A DNA stretch of 64,000 bases from Leptogorgia sarmentosa. Its lineage: Eukaryota. The notes beneath the pieces are model-generated. The model ran no database searches, was not told the DNA's origin, and saw nothing but the letters and a program-made list of their open reading frames with translations. The translations under genes and the position numbers were made by a program. The DNA lies in assembly GCA_964658305.1 (NCBI GenBank), contig OZ210885.1, positions 20,212,001-20,276,000 of the forward strand. The letters run 5' to 3'. Of this stretch, positions 58,870-64,000 are shown piece by piece (within the stretch, counting starts at the first letter, position 1; the number at the start of each line of letters is the position of its first letter).

Positions 58870-61800
58870 CAGGGGCGCAAATGAGGGGGGGGTGTGACAC
58901 CCCCCCCCCCAATATCTAAACATTCGGTCCGGTGGGTGCTATAAAGTCGGTCCCGTATCAAATCGTTCCTAGGGTTTCAGTCTTTCAGAGCTAGCAATAA
59001 GAGCAATCTGTATAAAATGTAATAGAAATTATATAAAATCAACTGTATTTTGAATGCATGCTAGCTACTTTGACAAAACTATTCGCTGGCGATGATAGCC
59101 GCACATGATTTTCACAAGATCAATGTAACAATAACAAACCTTGTCAAAGTCTATTAATAGATACCGGTTATTATTTGTGAAATAGAACTTCTATAGTAAT
59201 AATGCAAATTAGCTTATATGATTTTTACGTCTTTGTAATATTCCAATTCCTAAGGCATAATGTTTCGTAAACAAGCGAATAATAATCTATTATATTAATA
59301 TTATTGATTTATAATACACTGGGTTTATTTATTTTATGACATTTCATTTTAATAACTTTCATTTGTTCCATATCAGTCCAAATCAGCTTCGCTAACCGGA
59401 AGTTGTGCTCACAATTCACAACACAAACAACTTGGGAATGGCGATAGTTTATAAAAGAGATGCCTAATACTCGTTATAAAGTTACCTGTGCTATCTGCAA
59501 AAAAACATTTGACAACGATTATAAAGCGCAACATTGCAAGCGTTTTCATACAAAGTACACAGCTAAAACATTACCATTGTTGTATAATTACGGTATGTAT
59601 ATTTTCTTTACTTAAATATTTATTTTTTACCGCCTTGATTATATATCATTACTGTGTATGTGATTGTCTAAGTATGTACCTGTTCATCATTGCAATCCGG
59701 CATGTCAATCATTCAAGTTTATATTTTATCAATTTTGCTATGTTTCCTTAATTATACAGTAGATCAGTACTGTAACAATCAGTTCTTGGCTGTCGTCTAA
59801 TGACGTGCAATATTTTATATTCTTTTTCAGCTGCCAGTTTTCGACAATGCCGAACCAAATATCAATAGAGATGCTACAACATCAAAGGCAGATGAGACGA
59901 GAACACTACAACTACACGATACCATAGAAGAAGCCGATGGCGATAATCGTGAATCATCAGATAGGACCACTGAGCAACAACCAAAACCTAAGTGTTTGGA
60001 GTGGGATGAAAACAAGCCAGGAGATGAATCTATAGACTTACAACTTAAGGAAAGGGCAAAATCGGTATTTTGAAATAAAATTAAATAAATATTCTTGTTC
60101 TGCAATTCACCTTTTATTAACCTAGTGAAACTTGTATCATCTTGGCGGTCTTGCTGTTCAATTGTTGATTTTTTTGGCGTAGACACACATTGATCGGAAA
60201 AGAACTGCAGATGATATACTTTCTGATGAACCAGAAGGGCTGTCAGGCAGAAACGAAGAGAAGAAAGCTCGACTCCAACAACACTCTGATGCAGTAAGTT
60301 TTTCCTTCTTATCAGGAATTACCATAATTCTTTTAGTCTGACTGAATTGGCTGATTTATATGATAATAGATCGAAATTAGGCATATTAGTTTTTTTTAAC
60401 GAAGATAGAATCTTATTTAAAGGTTCCATCTGGAGAAAGTGACTCAGCAACGTCACCTAACGACTCTGATTGCGAAGAAGAGGATAATTCCCAAATTACC
60501 TGGATTTCCTCTTTTGGGCAGTTAAAGTTTTTATGCGGGCAGATCTCAGTGTGTGAAAGAGTTCTTGAGAAAGCTTCCAAAACAGATGCCCCCAGCCTTG
60601 TGTTCTCTTAAAAGAATTAGTTAGTATAACCGAAAAGATCAACGCAATATCATCTGATCTTCTATCTGATGCAAAGAAAAGCCTTAAAAAGCTACAAGAT
60701 ATGAGTCCAACGGAATCAACTGAAATCAACGAGTTTGAACCTATCAGTAGAGATCCCGGTAGTAGACGAAGAATTCCTTCAGACCAAGGTAGAGAATATA
60801 TGATAAATGTAGGACCATTTCAACCCAAACTTGGGTCATATCCTCGAAATAATGAAATTTTGCAGTCCAAGCAATGCAGATTTTCCTCTGAGTGGTTTGA
60901 CGAATATCCACATTTGGAATATTCAGTTGTCAAGGACGCTGCATTTTGCTTTGTTTGTCAGCTTTTCCCGACAGGACCAGGTCATGCAAATCAAGTGATG
61001 TTTGGATTGTGGAAGGTGTTCACCAGTGGCATAAAATGAAAGGCAGAGGAAAGTCAAAGCAAGGAAAGTTATCCAGTCATTTTGGAAGCAATAGTCACAA
61101 GGCATCGCTTGAAGCACTGGTCGCATTTCAGCGAAGATTTCAACATATTGACAGATTTATGGATAAAGAGCTTATGAAGATGAGCATTGAGGCTGAAGCA
61201 GAAAAGAAGACAAATCGAGAAGCTGTAAAGATTCTTATTGTTATAGTGCGCTTTCTGGCCCGTCAGGGATTAGCTCTATGAAGGCATGGAGCTGAAAGTG
61301 ATGCCAATGGTAATTTTCATCAGCTGGTCCTTTTAATTGCCAGGCATTCTCCAACGTTGAAAGTTTGGTTAGATGAGGCAGAAAAACGTCTGCAACGTGC
61401 ATCATATCTCAACTGGAAATCACAAAACGAATTTTTGGAGCTACTGTCTGAATCTGTTAATAAGGAAATTAAATCAGAAGTTGAAAGTGCTCAGTTTTTT
61501 GCAGTTATGGCAGACACTACTCCAGATACTTCACATCTAGATCAACTGTCCCTAGTTTTAAGATATGTCACGCCTCAATGCGTGGTCCGTGAACGACTAG
61601 TTGACATGCGGGATATTGATAGCAAAACAGGTGATGGGCAAGCGACGGCCATAGTCGAATCTCTTCGCAGCAAAGAATATAACACAGAGTCCATAGTTTT
61701 CCAATCTTACGATTACACATCTTCAATGTCAGGGCAATTTAAAGGATAAAGGAATACCTTGAAAGAGAAGTGCCCTATTTTCCCTGCCTCGCACACAGAA

Positions 61801-63261
61801 TAAATACAACGGTCGAACACAGTTGCGAAGCAAGCAATGTCATTGCTGCCATGTTTGATACGTTGGAAATGATTTATGTTTTCTTCACATCCAGCACCAA
61901 GCGTTACCTGGTCTTTCGTCAGGAAATGGAGGACAAAGATATAGAGGGGGCACTGCAACTTAGAAATCTATCTGTCACTTGCTGGGTTGCTCGTTCAGAG
62001 TCAATTGCGGCAGTGTGGGCGAGTTTTGGTGGTATAATTGCTGCTTTGAATAAAGAAGTGGAATCAGAAGATAGTAAGACAAGGGTTAAAGCTAAAAATC
62101 TACTTGCAGCCATCAAATGTTTTGAATTCATCGTGGCCTTGATGTTTATGAAAAATGTTATGTCTAAGACGAAGATTTTAACGAAACAGGTTCAAGCCAT
62201 TGAATTGAATATTGTTGATGCTTTGGAAGCTCTCGATGCTACGATCAGCACCTTGAAGTACTTAAGAGAAAAAGACGAAGACATTAATCTCCAAATAGAA
62301 GCTGCTGTTGCGTTTAGTGCTCACCATGGTGTCGATGCTGAATCAGAGTTTGCTAAGCATCATAGGAAGAGAGTGGTACCCCGCAGAATTGATGATACTC
62401 CTGAAAACGCTGTTAGTTTTGGATTGTAAACGTTTTACAGAAAAGAGTTCCTGCAAGTGCTCGACGCCCAAATACTATTGCTTCAAGATAACTTGAAAGT
62501 GGCGTTTAAGATCATAGAGCCCGCTGTTACCTTGCTAAAGCCACCATACGGAAGTGAAATTTTTTCCAGAGATTTGTCATTGCTGATTGACTTGTTTCCA
62601 CCCAATTCCAAACCGGACGAAGCCTCACTTGAACTACAAGTTTTTCGGAAACATTGCTTGAGGTCAAAACAAGACATTGCCACGATTCACAACGCTTTAA
62701 ATTTTTGTTTGGAATTCAAAGAACTGTTTCCACTAACATTGCGGTGTTTGAAACTTGTTCTCACAGCTCCAGTAACATCGGCTTCAAGTGAGCGAAGCTT
62801 CTCAAAGCTCAAACTAATCAAAACTCTCCTCCGTAGTAGTACGTGCCAGGGCAGGCTCCAGAGTTTAATGACATTGTCGTGCGAAAAAGATTTGACTGAT
62901 CAAATCGACCTTGAGCAAGTCGTTACGAAATGGGCAAATCTGCCGAAGAGTGGAAGAATAATTAGACTTTTAATAATTGGAAACATATTGGCTACAGGAC
63001 ACGGAGATCATGTGTATGATTACTGGTATAATTACTAGCCCGAATATTTAGTTCATATTTGAAGTGAGTCAACAAGATAATCTGTTGGTGTAGTTATTGA
63101 ATTAAAATTACAACAATTCAAAAATCGACAAGTGACTGTAATTATATTCTATTGTAACTTATATTTTAATTTAAAGTAGCTTGCACGAGTCGGTCCTTAG
63201 TGAAAAAAGGTCGGTCTTTTTTGCGTACACCCCCCGGAAAAAAATTGCATTTGCGCCCCTG
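58870..63261 (+). mobile_element. full-length hAT element in the last KDZ-2 intron
   Basis: 14-bp perfect TIRs CAGGGGCGCAAATG; 8-bp TSD ACTGTGGC/ACTGTGGT (7/8). Confidence 0.93.
60701..62975 (+). pseudogene. hAT transposase (ZMYM1-like: TTF zinc finger, DUF4371-like, hATC), multiply disrupted
   Basis: WFDEYPHLEYSVVKDAAFCFVC; FLARQGLAL*RH; SQNE; MADTTPDTSHLDQLS; QSYD...MSG; CLAH; PVTSASSERSFSKLKLIK. Stops and frameshifts; upstream exons probably lie in 59440-60700. Confidence 0.93.
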
Positions 63262-64000
63262 ACTGTGGTGACGTGGAACATCCCGTTTGTGCCTTGGAAA
63301 GTACTGTGTGTGGGGTAGGTTTTTCAACCGTGAGTTTTTGTACATTTGCAAGGTGGAGGAGTTGCATGTAGATTGGTTGTATTTCTAGATACAATAGGAG
63401 TTGTAGATACAAGTTATCAAATACACATGCAGCGGAACTTTCAATTTGTATTCTGGAACAGTCCTCAGAGATTAAATACCAGGAAGGTTTCGGGTATACC
63501 GACCTAATGTTTTCAAAATATATTAGGAGTTTCACTAAAAGACACTGTAGTTTACTGCTTGTAGGATTCATCCTTGCATTTTAGAACGCCGCATCCATTT
63601 CCTAACGCCTATGTTGTATTAAAAGCTAGGACTGCTGTGTAGGTAAGTTTTAACTGAAATCTTGCCTATTTCAGACAAAAACCTACTCTACCACGTCACT
63701 CGAAAAGACCACTGTAAGAGGAAAGCTTGTTTTCGTTAACAAAGGTACCAATTTTTCCATGCAACAGCTAAGGTCTGGAATAAGTTTGTTTTTGCCTGTT
63801 CTTGGTTTGCAAATTTCTGGATTCCAAGACATACTTGAGCCTGGAAATAATAGTATGGAGCAGTCGTTTGAAGTTATGGACAACGAAGAAGTCGACTCAA
63901 ATTCTGAATCTGACACTAACAGCGACAATGGCAGTATCTATTCTGACAATGGCAGTATCTACTCTGACAACGAATTCGACCGTTAACGCGTATACAGTTG

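Larger units (their letters stand above)
54039..63986 (+). pseudogene. second, diverged KDZ transposase gene, degraded
   Basis: Exons ~54039-54262, 54931-55321 (CESC...RCEDC...CGSCD..H....H), 55551-55656, 56193-56526 (IDETGLEIAGCRH, YDVICKYWPW, MHAKAHAWHCQ), 56600-56717 (GEEVEQINS), 56824-56915, 57126-57249, 58262-58430, 58534-58704, 63676-63986. In-frame stops near 58425 and 58614; no exon with the HVDGN motif found. Confidence 0.85.

Overview
Eukaryotic, AT-rich, intron-containing DNA; the repeat families suggest a marine invertebrate, probably a cnidarian (inference). I found no clear host housekeeping gene; the window is a nest of transposable elements. In order: a decayed Maverick/Polinton pPolB (1-1557, -), a hAT 3' remnant, an RPA-like OB-fold fragment, a DIRS tyrosine-recombinase remnant, and a two-gene Harbinger element (transposase + MADF/BESS). 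That Harbinger is hit by two RT-deleted Gypsy LTR elements with clean LTRs and TSDs, one of which contains a second Harbinger. The main object is a ~30 kb element (21839-51847) bounded by 131-bp near-perfect TIRs and a 7-bp TSD. It encodes a ~16-exon KDZ (Kyakuja-Dileera-Zisupton)-family transposase, open in every exon I translated, and a convergent spliced gene of unknown function (Zn ribbon, alpha/beta domain, S/T/P linker, Tnp1/En/Spm-like C-terminus). One transposase intron holds a complete AcademH element (RecQ-like helicase + transposase, 9-bp TSD), itself disrupted by a single-ORF L2/CR1-group LINE with a 2A-like motif. A second, diverged and degraded KDZ gene follows (54039-63986, +) with a full-length but dead hAT in its last intron. 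All family calls come from motif recognition by eye and exon boundaries were read manually; no searches were run.
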